Shown: piece by piece, positions 1-12,582 of the stretch
Position numbering within the stretch: position 1 is the stretch's first letter
Layout of the letters: each line of letters begins with the position of its first letter
Assembly (NCBI GenBank): GCA_040954595.2
Contig: CM082588.2
Coordinates: forward strand, 1,355,935 to 1,419,934
From: Balanoglossus misakiensis
Taxonomy: Eukaryota; Animalia; Hemichordata
Length of the DNA stretch: 64,000 bases
Direction of reading: 5' to 3'
The notes under the pieces: model-generated
What the model was told of the DNA's origin: nothing
What the model saw: the letters and a program-made list of their open reading frames with translations, nothing else
Databases searched by the model: none
Translations under genes and position numbers: made by a program

Positions 1-920
1 TCAATCTCTTCGCTGTTAGCACAGTGTATAGGGGAAGAGGGTTCTTTGATTGTCACCAGTAAACTTCACTCCAGATGGTCTGAATTTGGGAATTATGTGG
101 GAATTTGGCCCGATGGAAGCGATCAATTTCATCAAAAATTAGGTTTCTTGTTTTTGGGGTTTCTGCTTACTGAAATCAAGAGTGGTGAATTTATAGATTG
201 GGAGCAATCATCTTAGATGTGTGTTAACCGTTTACTTGCATTTTGTTTTGTGATGTGATCCAATATGGCTGGCCATATACCCAAACTTATATGAAGGGGG
301 AAACCCCACTGCCCCTCTCCCGTCTTGAAAAGAAAGACAAGGGAGGAGATTAAACAGATTATGCAGGCTGTGAGGGCAGTGTTCCGAGCATCCAGTTTAA
401 ACCCCCTGAACCCTCGTCCCCTCCCATCCCAACCTCAAACGTCCAATATTTGTGAATGTTACATATCTTGATCGAATCTCTGAAGCATGGTGTATAAACG
501 CAGCCAATATTTGTACGATCAACATTGCATACAGAAGTTTTAATTTGAAAATGTTAACTAATTTTTGATGAGATTTATAGTGGAATAAGAAGCATGAATG
601 CTTAATCAAATTAAACTGACTATTAAGGGGGGTCTAAATGATTGGCATCTGATAGCTTTAGCAAGCCAGAACTTTTGGGAGGTAATGGTGCTTTATCTAA
701 AACGCCCCAAGTGAGCAAGTTCGACTTTATAAACATTACAGCTTACATACACAACAGTACAAGTGGTTTGAAATCTCAATTACATTGTTTTTGTTCCAAT
801 CCATGTTAACTGTGTCTGAGCGAGCATGAAAAGTGACAGCTGTTTTTTTTTAGGTTTGCTAACACTGAAAAGATTGGGGCCAGAAAATCACACGTTTTCA
901 GATTACCTGAGCAAATTATC

Positions 921-1013
921 TTAACCCTTTCACCACCATGGTTCAGTCCAAACTCATTGTTTTCTGTGGTATGATTGGACCTCTAAAGAGGGAACTGGGG
1001 GTGAAAGGGTTGA
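921..1013. mobile_element. piggyBac-type MITE (~85 bp)
   Basis: TTAA-CCCTTTCACC ... GGTGAAAGGG-TTGA: 10-bp perfect TIR starting CCC, flanked by TTAA and a once-mutated TTAA target site. Confidence 0.6.
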
Positions 1014-1904
1014 AGGTATTTACCATTACTTGAATTTTATTATTTCTTTGATTTCCTCACAACCATGTCCAATCAGGAACATTTTGTGCTAATGAATCGA
1101 TTTCTCTTGAACGAAAAATCACAAGAATGGAAGGAATTTCTATTCCGGCGTTCAGCATGATATATTTTTTTTATAAAATCAACATGTTCTAAGTATCGGA
1201 TGGTGACAGATTCCAACTGGAGTGATTTGACTCTCATTAAAACAAGTTTAACGTTTATTTTGAACATTGTTTATATTAATAATGAGCATTGTTTGTATCA
1301 GTTATGTCTCCCAAGTTTATGATAACAAGTGTTGCAATACTGTGGACTAAACTGATGTGTGATTCAGAACTTAATCAAGATGCAAAGTGATCGAAAGAAT
1401 GACTTTGAAACTTGAAAACCGCCCTGCGGTATATTGCCAGGCAGTTGATTGTTCGCTAGCCCTTCAGAAGGTCATAGTTCATATAAATTCTTACGGTCTC
1501 ACTGTGACTTGTAAATGTTGCCACACTACTCTATACACTCCCATGTATATGTCCGTTCACCGAACATAAACCATGCACCCTTTTCAACACATGATACACA
1601 AACCCGACCACTGTTTTCTGATGTCTCCTGCACTTCTCTGGCCAAGCAGCCGACATGTAATACAGCTTCGGACTCCATCACCACTGCCACTGTGAGTGGA
1701 CAGCAGTTGACTATGTGCTAACAGATTTCAACCAGTGTTGATGGTTTGATAATTCTTAAGTGGAGAAACAGACGGTGACATATGGGACTATAGTTCACCC
1801 CGGCCTTAATGACTGATCCGGCATGCACGGTGGATATGGTATCCATGCTGGAATTTTAAAGTGTGCCCATCATTCCTGTTTGTATTCCCTTTATGGTTGG
1901 CTGG

Positions 1905-2097
1905 CTGTGTCTCCATCTGTCTGTATCTGTTTGTCTGTGTCTCGATTCACTCTATTTCTCGCTCTCTGTCTTTTTCTCTTTCTGTCTGTCAGATCTTTCT
2001 GCCTGCCTGTCTGTCTTTCTCTCACTCTCTCTCTCTCTCTCTCTCTCCTCTCCTCTCCTCTCCTCTCCTCTCCCCTCTCCTCTCCTCTCCACTCCTC
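1905..2097. repeat. compound pyrimidine microsatellite (CTGT/CT/CTCCT)n
   Basis: directly visible. Confidence 0.9.
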
Positions 2098-2504
2098 AAG
2101 TCCTCTGAAATGTGAATGACCATTCAACTCAATGTCATCCTCAGGGGATGTGATATATATTCCATAATCCCCATCTCTCGGGGAAAGTCCACTGTAACTT
2201 CCCAATTTAATGGCACATTCTTACAAATATTTGAGGTGCCAGGGCAGGGAGAGTCAATAAGTCGTGTCAGAGAGTGGCAGTTTCTTCCAATTGTGTCGCT
2301 GGCCCCCGTGACATCGGAATTGCCCTCTTGCACTTCTGAAGGTGACAGTTGGAATGTATTTTGAATGCTGTGGAGGGTAGTCAGTGGTGCCTGCAGCCAC
2401 CCACATATACTTTGGTACTTCTAGATGGTCATACCCTCATGTGAGTCCACATCAGGACTGGTGTGTTTGGATCATGCGTACCTGTACCAAGTGTGATCTA
2501 GACT

Positions 2505-2860
2505 TACATACATATAATACACAAATGCTGCACGTGTACTACACACACACATCCATGCACACACAGACACACATGCACATACTCAAGTGTATGTCCAGTT
2601 GACTAAAATTAGTCCTAGCTAACACTTTACTGCAATTCATGCACTGTTGCATATGTAACAATATACATGTGTATATGCAATATTCGGTCATGCACACTAG
2701 AACACATAAATACGTGTACATTAGATATACAGATACATGTACATAGAAACTTAGATGCATACATACATACATACATACATACATGTACATACATACAGCA
2801 TCATACACACACATTCGTACATGTACATGTATATACATACACACACAAACACACAGTGAT
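2505..2860. repeat. degenerate (CA)n/(CATA)n microsatellite region
   Basis: directly visible. Confidence 0.8.
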
Positions 2861-5800
2861 ATTGGTATATTTTTCTGGAAGAGATTGCAAGAACAATATG
2901 TTGTGAAAGGAGATGTTTTATAGCTATCAGATTACAGAGGTATGGGCTATTACTGCCTTGATACATACAATGCATACCTCTCGGTGTGGACTGTTATGGA
3001 AAAGTGTGTGGGGGAAATAAAACTACTCTATTAAGAGCTTTTAGCCCTAGTTGAAAAAATACCACAGTTTATTGTGGCCACTGTGGCTGGATGATTGACA
3101 GTGTCTTCTATTTTGTGGTTTTTCTGGTTTGATAGATAGGTGCACGTGTGTGCACTCACCCCTTCATTTAGCTACAGAGTGTAGTAACCCTATTGTAGCA
3201 TTTGATGGATGAGTCCAATGTGACATCAAGATAGGTATGAGCTTCATTTGATGGCCTTTTAGTTATAAATGTCTTACTGTTGATGATTGTGTATGTTGAC
3301 TGCAGTTAAGTTTTTTAACTGTATAAGTTTCTGGTGTATGTAATTAATGTGAAAAGTGGAATATGTGGTAATGAATTGACCAACAAAAAGTGCATAGATT
3401 GTAAATTTTTGTGTTTTAAACATCCCATTGATTAAGAGTGAATTCCAAGCAAATTAAATAAAGGTGAGGGGCGGGTCCTTTTTTGAACCATGGGTAGACT
3501 TTCTCAGGTCATATAAACAGTGTAAGGACACTTTTTATTTTTCGTTTAGTGTCTGAAGTCTAGAGAAATTCCTGTTCAATTGAGATTTAATCCGTCCACT
3601 GGAGTGTTTAGTAGCCATTACAAAGCCCATGGAATGTGGTGTACCTGTGTGGAAGGATATAAACCAACGTGCCTGATCCACTCGCATGTGGGATTTGCCG
3701 GTGCGGAAAAGGAATACTCCCTTTCGGTCAACAGTGTTTTTAGAGAATGGAAACTTTAACGAGGATTTGCTCCTTGTAGTGGTGATTGCTAAATCCACAC
3801 CCAACAGCTATCACTTACTTACACCGTGGTTTTGTTTTTCTCTGGTTAGTGTTTCTGTTCGTGATTATTAGCAGAATAACAAGTAGTGATTCTTTAATGA
3901 ACATGGAACACAAGAACTCGGGATAATATTATTTGAATAGTCTGATGGGTGTCTGTCCAGCTTGTGGTTAGACTGCCATCTGAACATCGCTAAAAGAAAT
4001 AATCACTGTAGTCGGTCGGACGAAAGTAGTAGGCTGCTTCAGAGGCAATTTGTACACTCAAAGAGAGGTGTCAATTCATTAACTGAAAAATTGCCCACTT
4101 TCTACTCTACATAACCAATAACAGCATCTGGACAATGGTTTACAGTCGACAACTATGCCAAGTGCCTTGTTTGATTCAAGTGGGGGTCGATAATTACCCG
4201 GCAGAAAGGAGTTTTTAAACCCCTGTCTCCACCTGTACAGGCTCATGTTACTAGCATTTCTGCCTGTTACTGACAGACATAGTCATTTCTTTATGCCTTC
4301 CGTCTTTCACAAACCCAACTTGTTGAATGAAACTGCCTTTGTTGGTAGTGGAAATAGGAAGCTATTTAAAGCAAGTGAGAAGTAGAGAGCGAAGGCTCTT
4401 TATAACCCTGAGACGTTTTCAAAACAGTGTCTGCGATCTGCTTTCATGGGTAGCTTTTCAGGTTGTCTGTGACATATGGAGTTTCGGTAACAGATGGTTA
4501 AACGTTTGGGCTTGATAACTTTCAAATATTTTGAGAGGGTTTCGGTGTTGTTACAAGTGATCTGCTTTGCTGTTGAAAGCACCAGAATTTCATCCCAAGT
4601 TTGTTGTGAGTGGTCAGGTTTGACTGTCGGACGGGATTCTGGTTCTGTTCTGGTTTTGGGGGAATTAGCTTGAATGCTTGTCTCCAACTTAGATAAAAAT
4701 CACGAACAATTTTTCTTGAAAATTTGCCATGAAAATAATAAAACAGACAATGAAGTCATTTTTTTCACGATTTTTAATAACGGAGGCTGCACCACATTCA
4801 CACATCGTCTCCTTCACCTTGGAAGAAGAAGATACCATTTTTAGACCTTTTATTTTTCATTTTATGGAGAACCAATATCACCAGGAATGTGCCGTCTGTT
4901 AATGGAGTTGAAATCAAGGCAGACGACAAAAAACCCCGACATATTTTTCAATATGAAATTTTGTCAGATAAGCATTCGAGACAGGGCTTTTTTATGGCTT
5001 TGCATAGTTGTCTTTATGTACAGGTTTTACATATTATTTTATCATATTGATTTACAGCAGACAAGTACTTTTCTTTGGGAGAGATGTTGGTTCACATGGT
5101 TGATTTCAGTGTGTTGGTGTGTGTGTGTGTGTGTAATAAAGTATTAATTTTGAAGAATGCAGTTCTCTCTTTCACAGTTTCAGTTGATCAGATAAGATGG
5201 CTGATGAGTGTGATATCGCTTGACAGTTGATTGGTGTCATGGTTGACAAGTGCATGGTTGGTCTTTTCGATTTGTGGTTGGTCTGCATACAGCTGGTTGG
5301 CTTGGCTCAGTACCCTGACAATCATTTCTCTGCCTGTCTGTCATCCTTGATCTGAAAAAGCAGAGTTGAGTGAGACGATGACAGCATGTATCGATATTGA
5401 CACTTGCCTTTATCTTAGTATGTGTCTACAGTTATCATTTGTTATCAGACTGAGGAAAGTTTTCACTGACGGTTAAAACACGCCAGTGGGTAGACCCCAT
5501 GGCCAGAGGGGGGAGTTTTTTGTGCTATTGTGTTCTGTAACTGTTGTAACACCTTTCTGTGTCACGTCAGGATTCTTCTCAATCCAGTTCAGCTTAAATT
5601 GACATACCCCTTGCAGACAGGGTGTTGGGAATGTGAAGTGGGCTCTCTCGCTGTTGTACACCAATTAACAGAATTTGTTTTACAGATTCAATATTTGTAC
5701 TGCGCGAGTACACACAGCGTAGGTTTGTGTTTCTCTCCACCAAATCTAACATACACAACGTGTAGTGCTCGTGAGTGTTTTCGGAATCGCCAAGAAGTTT

Positions 5801-7607
5801 GTTTTTATGCACCGATGAGTTTGCTTGATCCCTGGTTCGTCTGAGTCTCCAGCCAGCGGCGTCGCGTTGTTCCCCCCCAAAGTAGGTTGTCGCAAAGCAC
5901 GTGGATGCGTGCGGGCCGAACGCTCCAAAGTGACACATGCGAGCAAGTAGGGACCACCCAGACTTGCTGAGCTAGGCCTCTGACCACAGCACCCAACAAA
6001 GAGGGCTGAAAACACACACTGCTAAATCACAGGTCTTGTTTATGGGAGAAAGTTAACTTTGCGTTTGGCCTGAGTGCCCCCGAACAAAGGCAGGTATCCC
6101 AGGTATTTGCTTAGTCTAATTGTATCAGTTAATGGGCCATCGAGCCCCCTTTCAAAAGATGCATCATATTTTATTGTGTATCCCTAATGTACCTGTGCCA
6201 CCTATGGAGGTGATACTATTGTTCAACTCCATTTGATGTTTTTGCAGCCCGCATTGGCCACACTCGTGTTTTTTATACACAAGAACATCACGTCAGACGA
6301 TTGCCAAATAATGGCCTGGGTCCTCTGGAAACAATGCCTTCTCTTTGTCCCGGAGTTGTTGGACATATTTGGTGGTACTTGCGCGGTCTAAGTGTACATA
6401 GCCGCTTAAGAGACACATCTGAGAAAAGAGGTGGCTGGGTGTTTGTCTGTCCGGTCCATTGAGAGTCTACAGCCGTTATTTCGCCTGGCTTGGTCAGTGT
6501 TTGTTTTCACTGGCTGTTTAACTTTTGATTTGGTCTAAGCTGAGAGTTTAAAGCCATCTTACTCTCAGATGTTTGCTTAGGTCTTGGCTTCTGAAAGCAA
6601 TGAATGGTAGAGAGTGTGTTTTGGGACCGTGGAAAGAGCAGTCTCGATGCGATGGTTAAAAATAATGTAGACAGTGACATACATGTAGGTTGGTATGTTC
6701 AACCCTGGTCAGTCTTAAAATCATCACAGTTCAGACTCATCATACATGCGTCTGTATTTTCTGTTAAAAATGATGTGATGAACATATCAAAAATTGTTGT
6801 TTTGTGTGTCTTGATTCAACAGTAATTCACTACTGCATTATAGAATTCTACTTGTTAGAATAACTTCATCAATGGCATACTTTCTGGTCGATATCTCGTG
6901 GTATCGTATAACTCTGCCAATCTACAGTGACTGACAGACTCGTCTGAAAGTATATCAAACAAATGATGAAAGTGTTTGTGTGTAATTTACAAACTCTCCC
7001 CCTTCTCTCCTGCTTTTGCTGCAAGGGGAAGCAATCTACATCAGATCGGGTCTCAGGTCCAAGCTGTTGATTTGATATCAGAGCCCGATTTGCCCCATAG
7101 CATTGACATTGTGAAGTAACCCACATCCTGTTGGTGGAGAGCTGCTTGAAGTCTTATTCAGGAAATTCTCCCCAAGAGCACTTTGCATGATTGACTGGTT
7201 GTAGCCCTTTCACCAAGCTTTACTGCCTCTACATGTAACTTCATCCCTGAAAAGTAGTTTTCTCGTCCGGACAAAATTTCGTTTGCACTTCACTACAAGT
7301 ATTCCAAGGCCTCTTTTTCCCCACTTGTGATCATAACCTAGGATTGCCTACTCCTTGGAAATCTTGGAATTATAAAACGGTCGTAGAAAGTCCTTAAAAT
7401 GTCCTGGAAAAATGAAGTGGACTCTTGAAAAATCCCGGAAAATTGCTTCGACTCACCATGCTACTATGAAATGTCAATTAAGATGAACAATTCCTGGCAT
7501 TGATGTTGACAGCCTGTTTCTGATGAGTTCACTGATAACATGGATAAAAGATCCTTTATCAAGTTTAGATGCTAACAAACCATTTTTTGTTGTTGCTTTG
7601 TTGACAG

Positions 7608-7697
7608 GAAGATCCTATGGCCATCAATGAAATACGAGATGATTTGAAAGCAGAGTGTGGCAAATTCGGAGAGGTTAAGAAAGTCATTATTTTCGAT
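7608..7697 (+). CDS. HTATSF1: HTATSF1 coding exon (90 nt)
   Basis: ttgacag|GAAGAT ... TTCGAT|gtaagt; EDPMAINEIRDDLKAECGKFGEVKKVIIFD. Confidence 0.93.
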
Positions 7698-10326
7698 GTA
7701 AGTATTTCTTCTGAATTGCACACATTGGTAAAGATATTTGTTATTTCATATGACCATTGGACTTTTTCCATTCGCGATACGATGTACACTGACCCTTTTG
7801 GCTTTGACCTTACCAAACAGCGGCACCCAGATGGAGTGGCATCAGTCAAGTTCAAAGAGGCAGAAGAAGCAGACAGTTGTATTGCTGCATTGAATGGAAG
7901 GTGAGTTTCACATTCCAGATGCTAATAACATGACTGTGATAGTCCATGGTATGGCCATAGTCCCTCTAAATAGATGAAATGTGTACTGATATAACAAGGA
8001 ATAGTGAGCAAACCAATGGTTTTTAGATTGTTGTAAAAATCATGATGGATTCTACCAAAGTAGTTCTCAAAAAAAATTGTCCGGTAAAATGCTCTCCTCT
8101 TCTGCAACTCAAGTTGATAGAAGAAGTATTTTGTGAACGACAGTCTCCTCATGTAAAACCATAGGAGGAGTTGATACAGTTCAGAGAAGTTCTGGAATTT
8201 TACTCTGCCCGGGAACTACTCTTGGAAAATCCCAGAAAACTGACCTGGTGACTGTCTGTTGCCTTCGATTACGCGAAATTCTAAGTGTCATCAATGTTTA
8301 AACGCTAGCAGAACATAAGATCGATGGCATTCTATCACAGCGATGAAGTTTACCGTCAAGCATGACTTCGTGTTAAGTTTAGACTGGCAAATCAAACACC
8401 ACAAGTTACAAATTAAATTCCGGTCAATTTATTTGTTTTTATTTCCAAGGAATCCGTCACAGGTATTTCAGTGTCATTCGTAAATTGACTTGTATCGAAT
8501 TTTGTCCAAGCATAACAGGAGGGAATGTTTCACTGCTGTTAACCCCTCCTTCATTTATGGTCCAATCCATGTTAGAATACGTGATAAAGTTGGCCATACC
8601 AACATTATTGGGAATTTAGGGGTGGTCTGAAAGCCTAATTAAACAACAGCTGCCAGATATTTATTTTCCATTCCGTGACTTTAGAATCGAGCTATGGCAG
8701 GAATCAAAAAGCTCTAACAGGAAAAATGGAGTAGGGATATTTAAAACTTTCCGACCTCCGTAAGAAAAATATTTATACTGCTGGTCAGCTTTGAGAGTTG
8801 GAATGATGGAAATGTTGCCGCTGAGAATTTTGTCTCAGGGTAAATTTCAGTGAGTCATACATCATACATCTGGCTGATTACCGTAAATGATTTTTTCGCA
8901 ATTCACAATACATGTAGTTATCCAGTACCAACGCTCGAAAGAATCTTGCTGATGCGACCTCTGAACTTTTACCCCACTCTCCCCTCACTGCTGCTTCATT
9001 TAGTTGACAATGCGCCTGCGTTAATACACAAAGTCATACAGAATGACATCGCCAATGCCTACAACACTCACTCAAGTTTTGAAAGAAAGACATCCAAACA
9101 CAACCAAGTCACTTGGCTTGCATCAAGGATGAAACTTAGTGTTATCACCACCCACTTCAGTGAAAATCTCAAAGATGCTTTTCTGTAGTGCTGATAATTG
9201 TCAAAGTCATTTTGGGTCACCTGTATGGGATGCATGTGAGATATGTCAATGATTATTGCCTGGTATGGAAGTTTTGCCAGGCATCTCCCCAAGTTATTTG
9301 AATTTCTCAGCTCTGTTGATTATCATCATTCCCGCCTCCCTTCCATGCATGATAACAATGTCAGATGAAGTGGGCATCTATAAAAGACGTGAGTTGGTGC
9401 TTTCTGGTTTAGTTGTTGTGTGGCTGCTGGCTTTTACAGCGTGGTCCTTTCTTAGTTCCGGGTTTTAGAGGAATTTATGAGGGAGAACTTCTCCAGGCAC
9501 TTTGGAAATGCAGAGGTTGGTCCATGCCCCATCCCACCATCCCATGTAGCGTGTCCATTGCAACATGTGCTAGTAGTAGCCACTGGCTGTATTCGCGGGG
9601 AGTGCTTTGCAAACTGTTGTGAAAATACAGAGACCATACACGCCCACATACCACTCCGGATATTGTGTGTCCAGCAGTACGTTGAGACGTGGTCTGACAG
9701 TCACTTTGTTAGAAGGATTTTCTGTGGCATAGAAGGAGAACATCACAATCCAGTTCGATGTTTTAGAGAAGCCTGTTCATTGTGGATCGCGTGATCTCTT
9801 TCAAGAGAAGAAGGCAGCACTATTCAAATTTACACTGGACCTGTTCGGCGTATCACCCATACCAACAAGAAAGGCACCTAAATATAAAACACTCTGTGTC
9901 AACATCAGGTTATTACACTCTGAAGTAGTAACAGGAGAACGGTTTTAGTGTAGGAGGATGTCCATACCACCAACATGTCCCCGAAAAGTTATGTCTGAAC
10001 TGCTTTTGTTTTCTTATTTTTTTTTTAACACAATTTCACAAACATGCACGCACGCACACACACACGCACATACATACTTACATACATACATAAACACGCA
10101 CAGGTGGTTTGCACAGAAGAGAATCATCGCTTTACAATGGGACGGAAACACAGACTATCAAGTGGAAGAGAATGAGAAGGAGAGAGACCAGCGTCTTCAA
10201 AAGTGGGAACAATTCCTGACCGATGAAGAGAAGGCCCAGTTGGAAAAACGTGATAACAATGAACAACCCAGTAACCAAGGCAACAGCGAAGGAAGCACAG
10301 TGGCAGCAACGGAGACAAAATCATGA
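7608..10326 (+). CDS. HTATSF1: HIV Tat-specific factor 1 homolog (U2 snRNP factor, Cus2/Tat-SF1), 3' part; multi-exon model join(7608..7697,7821..7900,10104..10326); upstream exons lie outside the window
   Basis: Spliced translation EDPMAINEIRDDLKAECGKFGEVKKVIIFD|RHPDGVASVKFKEAEEADSCIAALNGR|WFAQKRIIALQWDGNTDYQVEENEKERDQRLQKWEQFL...ETKS* matches the RRM2/UHM of Tat-SF1 (RHPDGVASV, GRWF, WDG.TDYQVEE, RL..WE.FL). All junctions are GT-AG with consistent phases (0, 2). Confidence 0.95.
7821..7900 (+). CDS. HTATSF1: HTATSF1 coding exon (80 nt)
   Basis: aaacag|CGGCAC ... GGAAG|gtgagt; RHPDGVASVKFKEAEEADSCIAALNG. Confidence 0.93.
9477..9800 (+). mobile_element. possible highly decayed PIF1-like (Helitron-type) helicase fragment in the last HTATSF1 intron
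   Basis: Degenerate motif order: frameshifted PGT-G(K) near 9493, VLVVATG (motif Ia-like), ETIHA-HIP (motif Ib-like), LFIVD (Walker B-like, other frame); recognised by eye only. Confidence 0.2.
10104..10326 (+). CDS. HTATSF1: HTATSF1 terminal coding exon
   Basis: gcacag|GTGGTTT completes the R codon; WFAQKRIIALQWDGNTDYQVEE...; stop TGA at 10324-10326. Confidence 0.9.
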
Positions 10327-11363
10327 CACTTCACATTTCACATGTTTAACACTTTTGGTGGAGACTTTATTTTGACTTCATGATGAAATTGTCGTCCGGA
10401 ATTGTTGATGAAAGACAGCTGAGCATTACAACAAGGATCAGATTGACGATACCACGTCATGTGATATGCAGGTCACATGATCGATCAATCCATGATGGCT
10501 GCCACTCTGAGAACAACAAGAAATTATCACCAGTAATATTTTTTTGCATTGAAAGCAGTACACACCTTGGGGACAGATATGATAGTCCTCCAAATCTTTG
10601 AATTCTTCACAAAATTAAAGCGAGTGAAGTCTTGTTGGAAGACAAAGAAGCCAATGAGGTTCATTTTGTTTCATAAAAATCACTCATTTTTCTCCATTTG
10701 ATTTTTTGAGGCACGTACATTTCATTCCTGTATAGACAGGTTTCTGGGTAGTGTACATAGGCTTCCAGTTTAATAAGACACAGATATCAGTTCGATTCTG
10801 TATGACCAGGCTTCATTCCGGATACAGTGTGTAGACAGGTTTCATTACGCACTTCCTTTGTACTGTCAGTGAAGACGTTGAAATTTTTGTTGGACAGTGG
10901 TCAATATTTCTGATCAGCATTCCTGGTATACCCCTGTTGTATTTAATATTATCTTTGGATTTTTGTGCAGCAAAACAGGGGTGGTAAGATTAAACTACAT
11001 CTGCTGATGCCACAAATGTTAAAAATGAAGTTATTTTCCTCGATTAAGATGTCTTTGATCATCGATTTGGTGCCAGATTTGAAAATCCTGTCTTGTCCCA
11101 GTGGTTTGACAAGTGACACCAGAGTCTGCACTGATAACTGATGGTCCTGACTTTTTGACCTTTCTGGGATCAAAGGTCAGTGGTTTTAATTGGACGAGAG
11201 ACGTACAGGCACAGGTGCATAGCGATTGCTTGAGGAATGTCAATTCTATTGTAAACAACTAAAACTCATCTTACCTTCTCCGATTCTGCAATAATTTTGT
11301 TAAATAGTCTGAGAGACCAAAATACATTATTTTGACATCCATAGTGTCTATCTGAAGCGCTAC

Positions 11364-11369
11364 AATAAA
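11364..11369 (+). promoter_or_regulatory. candidate polyadenylation signal of HTATSF1
   Basis: AATAAA about 1 kb downstream of the stop, followed by T-rich sequence; not verified. Confidence 0.3.
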
Positions 11370-12444
11370 TTGTTTCCATACCGACATGATTATCTTCCAT
11401 ATTTATTTCATTATAATTTAGATACAGTTACCAAGTTAGGTGGTACATTAGCTTGAAACATTTCTGGAAACATTCTTGTAATTTACAAACAAGATAACAG
11501 ATATAACACCCAAATATTTTCAAATAGTCGTTACATTTAAGGCAAGCAAGACAGGGCCAATAATTATTGATGCTCCTGGTTTCAGATGATTGTATAACCA
11601 TTGTAGCAAAAAATCCAAGTTGTGCGTTGTTCCTAAATCCAAGATGGAGAATGGTCTTCACTTGGTAACCATGGTTTGGTATCAAGTGATATGAGGTAAA
11701 ATTTGCGTTCAGGAGAACGAGAATCTGTGAGACGGGTAATTGTCATATGGATCATGGCACACTCACACATATATCTTGTCTGTTTTCATATTGAGAATCC
11801 TAAGCCAGGTAAACACTTCTACAGCTGGGACTAGTCTTACTTCTGACATGTATTCAGAAATGATTGACAGTTATATGTGGACTTGTAATTGCCTTGCTAT
11901 TAGACTTATGTTTAAAGATCTTAAGTAAACGTTACCCTATAGTCAAGGCAAAGCCCAGCCCCAGGCAGTGAAAAAGGAGACCCTTTTCCGCAGTAGAATC
12001 AGCTTATTCATGTACTCTGCTCAATTGGCAACATTCTTAGTCATTTCTGTGTGTGCAAACATTGTCTGGTTTTCTTCTTTACCAGTTGTGGCTAGATTTA
12101 AATCATGATAAATGTACATGTATATACATTTGCAATATGACTTCGTTTCCCTATTGAAAGCATTGTCTGAAACGTGTCAGACATGCTCAACAAACCCAGT
12201 TATATTTAAAGAACAAAACATCCAAACTATCTGAAGTGTACAATTTTTGGCATCTCGTACTTGTCAATCACCCAACTGACATGTATCAATCAACTTTGCC
12301 GCGCCCCTCCAGATCATCATGTGACCAGTTTCAGTGAAGAGTTTTACACACCTGGTGGACGTGTGCATTGGCCAAAATTGTCTACCTCCGTCTCCAATCA
12401 AATTCCTCACCTGCTGCTGTGTGCAAGTTTGATAAGTTAATATA

Positions 12445-12582
12445 TAAGGGACTGTTCAGAATTTACTTCCAGGGGGGGGGGGATTTTCAGGGGGGGGGGG
12501 GCACCCATTTTCTCCAAGAAAAATTAGGGGGGACCAGACATAACAATCACAATCCTTTAGGGGGACCAAGGCAATGGGGTGA
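12445..12582 (+). mobile_element. probable single end of a non-autonomous DNA transposon with G-tracts
   Basis: TAAGGGACTGTTCAGAATTTAC followed by several long G runs and a repeated TTAGGGGGACCA; no matching opposite TIR found in the window. Confidence 0.3.

Noticed and set aside
1823-2975. Several overlapping ORFs (LSLS, ERRGE, HTH, CVCMY)
   Set aside because: Microsatellite translations.
3500-4700. Coding-like minus-strand stretch, considered as a Penelope or other TE remnant
   Set aside because: Frames are broken and no RT, GIY-YIG or transposase motif could be recognised with confidence; needs a translated database search.
7340-8245. TCCTGGAAAA/TCCCGGAAAA-rich patches at ~7350-7445 and ~8190-8240 as MITE fragments
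   Set aside because: No termini or TSD definable; too degenerate to call.
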